From Octopus bimaculoides (lineage: Eukaryota), in the NCBI RefSeq assembly GCF_001194135.2, contig NC_068982.1:166693567-166754063 (forward strand): 60,497 bases of DNA, given 5' to 3'. The first letter of the stretch is position 1. The number at the start of each line of letters is the position of its first letter. Position numbers and translations under genes: made by a program. Shown here one piece after another: positions 1 to 13,400 of the stretch. The notes beneath the pieces are model-generated. The model was given only the letters and a program-made list of their open reading frames with translations, was not told the origin of the DNA and did no database searches.

Positions 1-39
1 TATATATATATGTATATGTATATATTGTTCCTTCAACAA

Positions 40-257
40 GCTGAAGGAACAATTCTGAAGGTAGTAGACAAGTTTGTCTACCTGGGCAGCACACTCAGAC
101 GTTCTTGTTCCCTGGATAAGGAAATATCTTTCAGGTTGCAGAGAGCAACTGATTCCTTCCGGTCTTTTCAGTCTTGTGTCTGGTCCCAGCATGGCATCGC
201 AAGGCAAACAAATGTTGCTGTGTACCGTGCATGTGTACTGACATCGCTCCTCTACTC
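40..257 (+). mobile_element. RTE/BovB-type LINE reverse transcriptase C-terminal fragment
   Basis: Translates to VVDKFVYLGSTLRRSCSLDKEISFRLQRATDSF...VYRACVLTSLLYS, the F.YLGS....EI..R....VY.A.VL..LLY pattern of RTE RTs. Confidence 0.85.
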
Positions 258-800
258 CAGAATGCTCCAGGTAGTACTGGCTCAACATTCTTACTGGTAG
301 CACTACAAACACATAGAAACCTGACTAAAATCCTTCAACAGACTTTTATTATTTTTTCTCTGTTTTCCTTCCACACACAGATTTTTTTTCTTCTCCAGAA
401 TGCCCCAGGTAGTATCGGCTCTACATTCTTACTGGTAGAATTACTGACCCATGAGTGACCTGACTGAAATCCTTCAAACGGACTTATATTATTATTTTTT
501 TCTGTGTCCCACTGTAGTGGAGTGCATGAAATTAGAATCCTCATCACCATTGTTGTGTCTTGCAAAACCTTCATCACCCCTATTATATTTTGTGTGTGTT
601 CGAAACTTTCTTTAGCAGGATTTTTAATATTTTCCACTGCATGTGGTTTGAATCCTTCTTCAACAGGATTTTTAATACTTTTAGTTCGAATCCTTCAACA
701 GGATTTTAAATATTTTTCACTGCATCTGTTCAAAATCCTTCTTCAACACTGTTATGTCTTGCGTGTGTTTGAATTCTTGTCGTCACTGTTGTGTCTTACT
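255..800. repeat. 138-bp tandem duplication (255-392 / 393-~505) followed by a degenerate 36-48 bp minisatellite (~520-800)
   Basis: ctccagaatgc(t/c)ccaggtagta...acattcttactggtag occurs at 255 and 393; aatccttc(tt)caacaggattt units recur between 600 and 750. Confidence 0.8.
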
Positions 801-1261
801 TGACACTAATATGTCCCGCATTATAATGATGTACTTTGTTGTCTGCATGACTGACCTGAATGGTGTAGCTCCCTGTCTGACTCCACTCATGTTTGTCCAC
901 TCTTTATTTGTGGTGGAACAGCCCACTTTTCTCACTCGAGGTGTCCTCCTCAACACTTTCTTTTTTAGCATCTAACTGCCCAATTGATTTAAAGTTGTTA
1001 TAAGTCTCTCTCTTTTGTTCTCTCTTTCTCATTCTTCTTTCAGTGTTCATTTACTTGTGTATATACACAATAAACATATTTATATCCATTTATATATATG
1101 TATGTATATATATATATATATATATATATNNNNNNNNNNNNNNNNNNNNNNNNNNNNNNNNNNNNNNNNNNNNNNNNNNNNNNNNNNNNNNNNNNNNNNN
1201 NNNNNNNNNNNNNNNNNNNNNNNNNNNNNNNNNNNNNNNNNNNNNNNNNNNNNNNNTATAT

Positions 1262-1292
<31 letters not shown>

Positions 1293-1306
1293 CATCTTTA
1301 TTTATC

Positions 1307-1703
1307 TTTTATTTTTTACTTGTTTCAGTCATTAGACTATGGTCATGCTGGGGCACTGCCTTGAAGAATTTTTAATTGAATGAATTGACCCCAGTACTTA
1401 TCTTTTGTTAAGACTGGTACTTATTCTATTGGTCTCTTTTAGTTGAACTGTTAAGTTATGGGGATGTAAGCACACTGACATTGATTGTCAAGTGGTGGTG
1501 GGGGACATTTCAGACCCAAAGACACACACACACACACACACATAGTGTGTTTCTTTCAGCTTCTATCTACCAAACTCCACTCACAAGGTTTTGATTGGTC
1601 CGAGGCTATAGTAGAAGATACTTGCCCATGCGGTGGAGTGGGACTGAACCGGGAACCATGTGGCCAGGAAGCAAACTTTTTACCACACAGCCACATCTGC
1701 TCC
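1307..1703 (-). mobile_element. tRNA-derived SINE (family S2) with an internal (GT)n tract
   Basis: The minus strand starts ggagcagatgtggctgtgtggtaaaaag...ggttcagtccc (A/B-box-like) and ends gactgaaacaagtaaaa. Partial relatives lie at 10150-10400, 52258-52372 and 53385-53440. Confidence 0.8.
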
Positions 1704-1725
1704 AACATATATCTATGTACCTATA

Positions 1726-1772
<47 letters not shown>

Positions 1773-2193
1773 GATGAACAACAAACAACTGAACAACAAA
1801 CAAATTTTAAATGCTGGAAGTTGAACTGCCAAAAAATTAATATCAATGTCATTGGCACATCTTAATAAAAGTGATTTCTGATAAGGTGTTCCCTTTGTTG
1901 ATCGCCTTTAGAAGCAATGTCCCCAGACTTGAATGTATTGTGTAACTCACCTGGTATTGGCTGATAGAAGAATTTATTGTGTCTTTGACCTAAAAAATAC
2001 TGGTGTCTATAATGGTCATATGCTGTCAAAAGAAACGTACTTTCCCCAATTCACATTTTAATTTTTCCAGGTACCTTCTCCTTCCATCACAATATTAGTT
2101 CTGTATCTATCAAGAGGAATTATTTGGCATTCAGTATGAATACCTCTATATTGAATGCAACTAACATATGCACTTGTTTAAATTGAGGGATAG

Positions 2194-2515
2194 AGAAGAG
2201 CCCCTTTGGTCATTGATCACCATGGGATTGCAACTAGATGCACAAGTCTGAACAAGGTTGTTTATGGAAGATCAAACAGTCGCCCATGCATACCAGACTC
2301 CTCTCTCCACACCACCAATATTATCCAAGGGAAAGGCAAAGACCAATACAGCTTGGCACAAGTGACATCACAATTCAATTATACAGATGAGTGAACAGGA
2401 GCAACATGAAATAAAGTGTCTTGCTCAAGAGCACAACATACAGTCTGGTCTGGGAATCGAACGCACTACCTCATGATTGTGAGCCTGATGCTCTAACCAC
2501 TGAGCCATGTGCCTT
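2194..2515 (-). mobile_element. tRNA-derived SINE with a CORE-like domain (family S4)
   Basis: Reverse complement of the 3257-3586 copy: tRNA-like head, then gtgctcttgagcaagacactttatt...cagt.cactc. Confidence 0.85.
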
Positions 2516-2835
2516 GAGGGACAAAGGGAGTTGTAACTTTATGTCAATGTATTTGGAAGTTAGCAGAATTGAAAGTGTCTCTATAACATGTAACATTATG
2601 AACAGAACAACACCATATACAAATAAGGCAGGGAATTACAAGTTCTATTTTTTTTTAGATATTTCACATCTGTGGTAATACATATTTTGTACAATATTAT
2701 CATAGCAGATGTCAAATAAATTTTCACTCCTCAAATCTTTCAAAACTTGTTTAGTAATTTCAGCCATCTTCTGTCATCTGTTGTTGACATTTTAGATGCT
2801 TGCTATAACTTTGTATGCCATGACATTTTTATATA

Positions 2836-3052
2836 TTCTTTTCTGCTCTAGGCACAAGGTACAGAATTTTGGGGGAGGGAACCAGTCGATTAGATCGACT
2901 CCAGTACACAACTGGTACTTGATTCATTGACCCCGAAAATGATGAAAGGCAAAGTTGACCTCAGTGGAATTTGAACTCAGAACATAAAGACAGATGAAAT
3001 ACCGCTAAGCATTTCAGCCATCGTGCTAATGTTTCTACCAGCTCACTGCCTT
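2836..3052 (-). mobile_element. tRNA-derived SINE family S1
   Basis: Contains the B-box gagttcaaattcc and the ctttgcctttcatc...ggggtcaa..agtaccag central domain. Confidence 0.85.
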
Positions 3053-3256
3053 ATTTATTAAAATATCGTCTTCATTTTAGCTGTATACATTTTTGTCCTC
3101 CTCATCCTCTCCACTTTCTGTAACTACAATTTTCCTCTTTCCGTGGGTTGAACATATATTGCAACATTATATCTCTCTTTTTGTCTCAGTCTTATGTCAT
3201 CATGGTTGTGAGGTCCAATATCTTCAGATATGATGACATCTATTTTATCTCTCTCT

Positions 3257-3586
3257 ATGGCATGGCTCAGTGGTTAGAGCATCGGGCTCACAATTATGAT
3301 GTAGTGAGTTCGATTCCCAGACTGGGCTGAGTGTTGTGCTCTCAAGCAAGACACTTTATTTCACTTCACTCCAGTTCACTCAGCTGTAGAAATGAGTCGT
3401 GATGTCACTGGTGCCAAGCTGTATTGGCCTTTGCCTTTCCCTTGAATAACATTGGTGGCATGGAGAGAGACTGGTATGCATGGGTGACTGTTGGTCTTCC
3501 ATAGACAACCTTGCCCAGACTTGTGCCTTGGAGTGTAACTTTCTAGGTGCAATCCCATAGTCATTCATAACTGAAGGGGGGTCTTT
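3257..3586 (+). mobile_element. tRNA-derived SINE with a CORE-like domain (family S4)
   Basis: A-box tggctcagtggttag, B-box gagttcgattccc, then gcaagacactttatttcac...ccagttcactcagctgtagaaatgag, which resembles the MIR/CORE domain (from memory). Confidence 0.85.
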
Positions 3587-3949
3587 ATATATAGCATATA
3601 CTTATCTTGTACTCTTAACTGTTAAGAGTATGAAGTATGCATGCTGTATGAAGTCTGGTATCACACTTCTACAGTGTGCTTCCTCCATTCATATTACATG
3701 TTTAAACAAGTATTACCAGCATCCTTTCACACACCTTACCAATTCCATTGATTCCTGATGGCCTTTATTTCTCACCTCATTTGTACTCTTTATTTCTTAT
3801 GAATCAATTTTGCATAGCCAATAAACCACATTCAAGTTTGTTATTCTCCATTCATTGTAGATTCTCCTAAATGCTGTAGTAAAATTGAAAGATCTTTTGA
3901 AATATCAAATGGAAATAACTTTTTATTTGTTTATTTCATTAATTTTTAG

Positions 3950-4040
3950 CTGTGTGTTATGAACCTCTTGAATCCAAAGTCTCCATCATTGGACACTATA
4001 AAAATGCAGGTTTACTTTGATATGAATTACACCACTCGAG
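3950..4040 (+). CDS. CFAP206: CFAP206 exon A (first coding exon found): LCVMNLLNPKSPSLDTIKMQVYFDMNYTTR
   Basis: tttttag| acceptor, |gtcagt donor; 91 nt, ends in phase 1 (g+ag = Glu with the next exon). Confidence 0.95.
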
Positions 4041-4082
4041 GTCAGTATATTACTTGTTTCTGTTAAAACTTTCCACCAATGC

Positions 4083-4122
<40 letters not shown>

Positions 4123-4396
4123 CAGCAACAATAACAACAATAAAGAAGAAAGTAACTGTCGTCCCAGTAGTTGTAGGGGCACTGGGAACATTAACAACCA
4201 AGTTTGAGAAATCTGTTGAAGAAAGTGGGATTAACTTGGGAGTAGAACATGTTAAAGTTAAAAAAAAACTGTTCTATTAGAGACAACGAAGATTTTGAGA
4301 TTGGTACTTGAGTGTTAAATATCATGACTAGGTTGCTGTTCACTCTTACAGAATTAACTGGGACAAGTAAAATCAAGAGCTCTGTGAAAATAGAAA

Positions 4397-4427
<31 letters not shown>

Positions 4428-7400
4428 AATAATGATAATAATAATAATAATAATAATTAATAATAATAATAATCCTGTCACCAACAGACTTAACAGCTCC
4501 TTTATTGAGATTGGTAAAACTACAAGGGTTGCATTAATTTAGAAATCTGCTCTGTTGGGAAGAGCAAAGATTTTAAGAAAGGTCCTCAATATCTAAAGAA
4601 ACTGGTTGTGACCCAGTATCAAGGACATTGATTCTGAATGTGGAACATTCTTGCACATCATGAACAATAATGATAATAATAAAACTTTACAGTTTTCAAA
4701 CTAATTTCCTTCTAAACAGTTAAGTATTTTCAGAGCTAGTGCTTATGTCTGGTTTTTTTTTTTTTGCTTGAAAATGACAGATGAATCTTTCACTGGACAA
4801 AACTCCAGTCTATCATATGTAACATTCTTAGATAATCTGATACCTATTTCTGGCTACTAGATGATCAGAGCAAATGTAGCACAAGGTGTTCAGCCACTTG
4901 ATTACTTGCTAATGACAACCCATCAAAGGTGATGACAGATCCTGTAGCAATAAGGGAACTGAAAGTGACCACAAACAACAGCTGCAGAGGATTGATAGTG
5001 ACATCTCCTCTCTTTATGCTGTCTCTTGTGTTTGGTTTCAAAGTGCTTTACTCCAACGTCACATATGGACCTCTATGCCTTCTGAGTAACAGCTGTGTTC
5101 AGCCAAGAAACACAACAAAATGCTTGGAGTAGACTTGAATTCACAACCTATGATTTAGTTACAAAATATTGTGTATACTTGGCCCTGTCACTTTCATGTC
5201 ATTCATTCATCACTCACTGTTTTTGCAAATTTGGCACAAGGCCAACAATTTCAGGAGAGAGAGTACATCAATTACATTGACCCCCAGTGCTCAACTTGTA
5301 CTTATCTTATTGACTCCAAAAGGATGAAAGACAAAGTCAACCCCAACAGCATCTGAACTCAGAACATAAAGACGGACGAAATGCCACTAAGCGTTTTGTC
5401 CAGCATGGTCATGATCTTGCCAGGTCACTGCCTTTCCAAAGTAGTGTAATATTAATGTTAAAATACTGGAATTTTGGCTATAAAGATATGAGGGAACACC
5501 TTGCTCTAGGCATTATGTTGAGATCCTAAGATTTCATTATTTGACATATTTCATTTGACTAGAATCAGGGCCACTTTTAAGTACTTGTGGTCCTGGTACT
5601 GTACCAAAGAATAATTAAACTACATATTTTCATATGGTCCTTCACTTAAGGGATTGATTTATGTGCCTTCTCAACCCTGGACCTGCAACACCCATAGCAC
5701 CTCTTAAAGATGGTACTGACTAAAATAAAAGTGTCTAAATTTCTTCCTTTATAATCGAGCAGCTAATGACAATAAGATGCAGCCAAATGTTAAAATAATG
5801 ATCTAACCTTATGCATATGCTCAATATGTTACCATAAAAGAAGAAGAGGCTCCTAAATTTGGACAACAAAGTAACAAATAAAACATGCTGTATGTACTCA
5901 AGTGTCATTGTGGAAACTGGTCTTGATTAAGTATTTCCATCCCAAATTTAATTCCTTGTTTTGTAAGAGTTAGTTTTAAGTAAAGAACATCATTAACACT
6001 GATGAACACCAATGAAGAATATGTCTAGGGACCTTAGACATATTCCAAATTTTCTGTTACCACACAAAATACTTACATGAGATGGAACTTCTATGAGCCA
6101 AAGAAGGACATTTTTATACAATAGTTTGATCTCCTCTCTTTAGTTTATTATATTGGAATATCATTCCACCACTACCGCTGCCACCATCACCAAAACCACC
6201 ACCACCACCACCACTATGTGTAGCCCAATAACGAAAGATGGAAATATTAATTTAACTTCTTTGATCGACCAGTTACTAAAGTGTTATATGTCCACTTTAT
6301 CAGAGAAGACTGTGATGAGGACAACAACAGTTGACATGTATTTTATTAGACTGCAATGTTGAACTAAATTCTTCTGTGGGCAGCAATAGAAGGTGTTAAT
6401 AAATTACTATACTGTAACCTGTCTTTAATTACTACTCGAGGATGACCACACTTAACTTTACAAAACCACCACCGCTGCTATACCACCATTACAAAAATAG
6501 TACCACTACTACACTATTAGCAACAGTCCCACTATCATTATCATCATCACCACCACGACCACCACTATCACCGCCACCACTGCCATACTAACACCACTGT
6601 ATGACTATTACAATAATAGTATTCTGTCTCAGTACCACCACCACAATTGAATATTGTTTTTCCATTTAGTCTTTACAGAAGTCTTTCAAGGTCTTTGTTC
6701 ACTACTTTTTCCATAAAAGGGTTATAAACTTTTTCTATATTCTGTTTCTCTATTAAGAGCAATTTCTGGAAGAACATCGAAGAGTACTGGAATCCCGTAT
6801 GCAGCCAGTGATACGAGAAATCACCGACAGCCGAGCCCAGATCAAAGAAGAATTTGAGAATCTCTATCACAAGATTGTGTTAGCCATCCTGCTTCGATCT
6901 GGTCTTGGTAGCCCATCTGATTTGGCAGTTGTAAGGGAAGCCACAGGTTTGTATACTCTCCTGTATTAATTACTAGGGGTTCTTTGATTGGTTGTTTGTT
7001 TCTCCTCACTCTAGTAGAAAGGGCAATATCATCTAATTTAGTTGGGTTCTATGTACAAAACTTGTGTGAGGATGTGGGTTAGTGTCGATTGTCAATTCTT
7101 GAGTTGCACCACACACACACTCTCTCTCTCTCTCTCTNNNNNNNNNNTCTCTCTCTCTCTCTCTCCCTCTCACTTACGTTTGTCGTCATTGTCATCACTA
7201 CTGCTGCAGCCACAGTCATTTTTAGCATTTGTTTTTCCATATTTGCATTGCTTGGATGGAGTTTATTGCAGCAGATTTTCTACAGCTGGATGCCCTTCCT
7301 CTCACTAACCCTTAACTGTTTCCAAGCAAAGTAATACTTCCCCATGGCCTGACATGTTTTTGCAGAATATTGGAAATGAATGACACTACTTGTAAGATAC

Positions 7401-7901
7401 ACTTGTTTACAAGTATCACATGCATTTCTAAGTTGTGACAGGAACTGTAGGAACTTGAAATTTGCTGTTCCTCAGTCATTTAAGCAGTCATTCATATTTC
7501 ATATTTTTGTTCCTAGCACTGAAGAAGAAGCAGTTTGGGAAAGTTTGTCATATCATATGAGTGAAGTCATCAAGAAAGATCATTATATTATAGATTGCAA
7601 TGCTCCACATTTGTGGTGCAAAATCTTATGAATAGGTTTTATAAGATTTGGATTTTGGAATCTGGACATAAAGATGAGTAGTATGGGATAAATATGTCAT
7701 GATTAAAAATTTTGTTAGGGTGTGCAAAAAGAGAAAGAACCCCCATTAAAATTCTTAATCTCCAATTTTGATGAAATTTGAATCATAGGTATTCCAGTTC
7801 ATTAGAGAAAATATAAAAGAAAAGTCTAATTCTTCAATTCCATGTAACATGGGCAACACTAGGTATCTCTACTAGTATATATATATACATATATATATAT
7901 T

Positions 7902-7932
<31 letters not shown>

Positions 7933-7994
7933 ATATGTATATGCTGCTCTATTCTTTAGAGTGTGCTTCTTTCTGATATATGTTTTTAATTCAC

Positions 7995-8027
<33 letters not shown>

Positions 8028-10394
8028 TTAACATCCACTTTCCATGCTAGCATGGGTTGGACGATTTGACTGGGGACTGGCGAACCAGATGGCTACACCA
8101 GACTNNNNNNNNNNNNNNNNNNNNNNNNNNNNNNNNNNNNNNNNNNNNNNNNNNNNNNNNNNNNNNNNNNNNNNNNNNNNNNNNNNNNNNNNNNNNNNNN
8201 NNNNNNNNNNNNNNNNNNNNNNNNNNNNNNNNNNNNNNNNNNNNNNNNNNNNNNNNNNNNNNNNNNNNNNNNNNNNNNNNNNNNNNNNNNNNNNNNNNNN
8301 NNNNNNNNNNNNNNNNNNNNNNNNNNNNNNNNNNNNNNNNNNNNNNNNNNNNNNNNNNNNNNNNNNNNNNNNNNNNNNNNNNNNNNNNNNNNNNNNNNNN
8401 NNNNNNNNNNNNNNNNNNNNNNNNNNNNNNNNNNNNNNNNNNNNNNNNNNNNNNNNNNNNNNNNNNNNNNNNNNNNNNNNNNNNNNNNNNNNNNNNNNNN
8501 NNNNNNNNNNNNNNNNNNNNNNNNNNNNNNNNNNNNNNNNNNNNNNNNNNNNNNNNNNNNNNNNNNNNNNNNNNNNNNNNNNNNNNNNNNNNNNNNNNNN
8601 NNNNNNNNNNNNNNNNNNNNNNNNNNNNNNNNNNNNNNNNNNNNNNNNNNNNNNNNNNNNNNNNNNNNNNNNNNNNNNNNNNNNNNNNNNNNNNNNNNNN
8701 NNNNNNNNNNNNNNNNNNNNNNNNNNNNNNNNNNNNNNNNNNNNNNNNNNNNNNNNNNNNNNNNNNNNNNNNNNNNNNNNNNNNNNNNNNNNNNNNNNNN
8801 NNNNNNNNNNNNNNNNNNNNNNNNNNNNNNNNNNNNNNNNNNNNNNNNNNNNNNNNNNNNNNNNNNNNNNNNNNNNNNNNNNNATGTTCGAAGGTCGTGC
8901 TTCACCACCTCATCCCAGGTCTTCCTGGGTCTACCTCTTCTATTGGTACCCTCAGCCTCTAGGGTGTGGCACTTTTTCACACAGCTATCCTCATCCATTC
9001 TTGCCACATGACCATACCAGCGCAATCATCTCTCTTGCACACCACAACTGATGCTTCTTAGGTCTAACTTTTCTCTCAAGGTACTTACACTCTGTCGAGT
9101 ATGCACACTGACATTACACATCCACCGGAGCATACTGGCTTCGTTTCTTGCGAGCTTATGCATGTCCTCAGCAGTCACGGCCCAAGTTTCACTGCCATGT
9201 AGCATGGCGGTTCATACGCATGCATCATACAGTCTACCTTTTATTCTGAGCGAGAGGCCTTTTGTCACCAGCAGAGGTAAGAACTCTCTGAACTTTGCCC
9301 AGGCTATTCTTATTTTAGCAGCTACACTTTCAGCGCACCCTCCCCTGCTACTAACTTGGTCACCTAGATAGCAGAAGCTATCAACTACTTTTAGTTTTTC
9401 TCCCTGGAATGTGGCAAAGGTTGTTTTCTGCGCATTTTCAGCGTTTATTGCTCCTGATCATCTGCCACATACAAAAACTATCTTGCTAGTTAGCTTTCCT
9501 TTCATATTGTTGCACCTCTTATGTGTCCATAGCTTACACTGGGTACAACTTATGAAGTTTCTACCTACGCCTTTTCTACAGATGGAGCAGGGCCATCTAC
9601 CCGAAGGGGTTTGTGTTTTGTCTACCTTCTTACTTATTAGTACTTTGGTTTTAGCTAAGTTGACTCTAAGGCCCTTCGATTCTAGTCCTTGCTTCCATAC
9701 CTGAAACTTCTCCTCTAGTTCTGATAGTGACTCAGCAATTAGAGCAAGGTCATCAGCATATATATANNNNNNNNNNNNNNNNNNNNNNNNNNNNNNNNNN
9801 NNCCGGGCGTTGTGAGTGTTTATTGAGCGAAAACACCTAAAACTCCATGAGGCTCCAGCAGGGGATGGTGGCGAACCCTGTTGTACTCTTTCACCACAAC
9901 TTTCTCTCACTCTTACTTCCTGTTTCTGTTGTGCCTGTAATTCAAAGGGTCAGCCTTGTCACACTGTGTCACGCTGAATATCCCCGAGAACTACGTTAAA
10001 GGTACACGTGTCTGTGGAGTGCTCAGCCACTTGCACATTAATTTCATGAGCAGGTTGTTCCGTTGATCGGATCAACTGGAACCCTCGACGTCATAAGCGA
10101 CAGAGTACCAACAACAACAACATGTGTGTAAGTACGTATTTATGTATGTATTTGTGTGTCTGTGTTTGTCCCCACACCATCGCTTGACAATTGATGTTGG
10201 TGTGTTTACGTCCCCGAAACTTAGCGGTTCAGGAAAAGAGACTGATATAATGTATACAGGAATTGAATTAACCCTTTAGCATTCAGATTTATTATCTCCC
10301 TTGCAGAATAAATCCTGGGGGTCGATTTGTTAGATTGAAGGCAGTGTTCCAGCATAGCTGCAGTCAAATGGCTGAAACAAGTAAAAGAATTAAA

Positions 10395-10432
<38 letters not shown>

Positions 10433-13400
10433 CATATTTACAGAAAGCAAAAGATAAAAAATAGGTGAGGGAACAACAAATAAGTGTTTTAGTTTAACAC
10501 TTGGAAAGAATGAAAAAGTCTTTGACGTTTCAAGTCTATGCTCTTCAACAGAAAGGTTTGAGAGCAGTAACAGAATGGAAAGAGAATGAAAAACACGTGT
10601 GTGTATATGTATATATCTGTGTGTGTGTGTACACACACATGCATGTGTGTATGTGGGTGGGTGTGGATGTGTGTGTGTGTGTCTGTGTGTGTTTGTGTAT
10701 GTGTGTTTGTGTTTCCTTGTCTTGACATTGTATAGTTGTAAACAAGCATCATACAAGTGGTGTCGTTCTTTTCCAATATTCTATGGAAACATATCAGGCC
10801 ATAGCGAAATATCATCTTACTTGGAAATAGGTGAGTTTCCGGCGAAACTGAGGGCGTCTGGCCATTCAATTCCGTCTGACTCCTGGAAGAATGGGACAGT
10901 GGGCATTGAAACAACGACAATGACGATGATGATGATGATGATGATGACGACGACGACGACGACGATGATGATAATGATGATGATGATTGGATGTTTATCA
11001 AGTTGAAAGAGTTAAGGTTGTTAAATCATCTTCAGAGAAAATGTTTTGTTTATGCATGTTTTCATTACATGACACCATGTTTCCTAAATACGTATAACTG
11101 TTATGACTTTACGCTGTTTCAAGAGACGAGATAAACATGTGTTTTTTAAGTTGATTGCTTGAACTCTGATTATGACTAATTCTTTTCCTTGCTTTTATTA
11201 AGTTGCCTCTTGTTACTTTGCCTGCCATAAACGTTATTAAATGCTGTAAAAGTGTATGAAAGCCCGGACGAAAATCAAAGATTAAACTGTATATTCAAAT
11301 CTGTATAAGTTGGGGAAGAGAAAAAGCAGAATAAAATGTAACTAAATGTCTCGACCTCTTGTTTCAGAAAGCAAATCTCATTGCAATCAACCAGTTTTGA
11401 CAAGGGAAATAACTGTAGCAACAGGATACCTTTAATTATTTCCCTTGCAACATTCTATGTTGCATTGTATTCATTCCTAGGCTTTATTTTTGTTGTCATG
11501 TTTTATTTTCCTTTCATTCATTCATTCATTCATTCGTAACCCAATGTTTAATGGAAGAACGAAGTTACATGCTAAACATCAGTAATATAAAGTGTTCAAT
11601 TTATGTGAACTCCTCTTTAAAAGCCTTTGTCAATTGTCTAATCAAATGAAATTAATATTTGAATTAAATTCAGAGTAATGCTTCGAGAGGCTCAGAAGTA
11701 AAATACTACATGGGTCGAGGGATGCCTTGTCTGAAATATCGATCAACTGAAATTGAAAATTTTAAACATACCATTGTTGTGGTTTAGTTTCTAGCCAGGT
11801 TGAACAGATCTACGGTTAAAGACATTCTAATGAGCTTTTTCTTCTTTAAGATGGTATGGTGTGATTTGAGGAAATTTGGTTGCTATTTCTAGCGGGTAGA
11901 GGAGCCTACACTTGGAATTCATTTGTGATGTTTTCTTAGTGTATTTCCTGTGACTAAGACATTACAATTGATTAATCCTTCCATTACCATATTTCTACTG
12001 AAGTATACAAACTTTACTTCAGTCAACTTTTAAGATAATTAAGAATTTCGTAAAATAATTTTGTCATTATTAATCTGTTGCTTGGAACTTAAATTCGCAT
12101 AAAATTTTGATGGAAGAATTGAATTTAGATCACTTTAAAACAGGATGTTTGTGTCCTAGAACCAGGGGAGGTCACAGGTGGGTTGGTAACAAAAGGGTTA
12201 ATGTCTATTTTGTGTGAATATTTAATTGACTCCAACTTTTTTAATTGATTAGACAAAACTTCAAAGGTAAATATTTCCGTTGTGGCCTAAACGTATATAG
12301 GAGCTGAATTAACTGTTTAGCATTCAGATTTATTACCTCCCTTGCAACATTATTTATTTATTTTGTTTTGAGTTAATCATACACTATCTTGTAGCTTCAA
12401 GATTTCGATGATATCATTGTATATTTTTAGAATGACATTGTTGGATAGGTGTGAGAGGCTAGATCTGGTCACTTTTAACATAAACCACATAGAACATTTG
12501 GGCTGCTTATAGCCAGTTTAAATGTTAAAGGGTTAAACTTTGCACCTAAGGAAGAAAAGAAAAAAAAATCAATCCTTTTGGCATTTTTCTTTGTTTAATA
12601 AGTTTGGTTTATTTTAAAGTTCTATTTTGTAGTAGTGTTGCTTTATTTTATTTGGAATTTATGACTCATGTATCTACTTGAACATGAAAAAGAAATATTA
12701 ACAAGAACTATGAAGAGCACAAAAGGTTGTTTAGTTCAAATTTCAGGATTTTAATTGGATGAAAAATAAATTTTAAGGTAATATGTTCAAGAGATCAGTG
12801 CCTGCTTTTGAAATGTAGGGGAAACGAAGTGCATAGCATCAAGGGATAAATAAGAAAATACCTAAGGAGGATTTGAACTCAACATATGACACTGGATATT
12901 TTATCCAGTTGGTAATTTCAAAAAATATATCGCATCAAAATTATTGTAGCTACTGTTATTGTTTGTTGTAGTAGTTAATAGTAGCAGCAGTAACAGCAGC
13001 AGTTTGTCAGGATATGGTGTTGTCATAACACTACAGAACTTTTACAAGAATATAAAGTATTTGAAACAAGGAAAGAACTCAAGCCTTCTGAAAATCCTTT
13101 GTTTAATAGTTTAAATATTTGATTGTCTGCTAATTTACCTGATTTTTGTCATAATGTCTGATTCTACCCCTTTTTATTATTACACCAGCGGCTGTCCAGA
13201 GTGTTTTTCCTCAAGCAGAACTTGGGACATTCTTAGCTTTGGGCAAAGGAGATAAAGAACGTCAGCTTTTGGAACTGACCATGATAAGCACTGGAATCCG
13301 ACTGTTTAATAAGGAGTATTGCAAAGGTGGAAAAGGTATTGATGATTGTAAGTACAGAAATCGATCCATTTATTGTTGTATATTTTAACATTGAAAGAGA

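Noticed and set aside
1015-1375. ORFs made of HT/CV/YI or poly-I/D/S/Y runs, here and at 10364-11006, 16619-16980, 24175-25137, 42339-43135 and 58872-59221
   Set aside because: Translations of microsatellites.
1-3949. Missing N-terminal CFAP206 exons (the VKAVVLDP-type segment); good acceptor at 2069-2070
   Set aside because: No matching peptide found, and the sequence after 2070 does not resemble CFAP206. The exons are presumably upstream of the window.
8044-9051. Long ORFs of 300-350 aa here and at 25166-26285, 43815-44189 and 59536-59919
   Set aside because: They are open only because N gaps translate as X; the real parts are TE fragments or noise.
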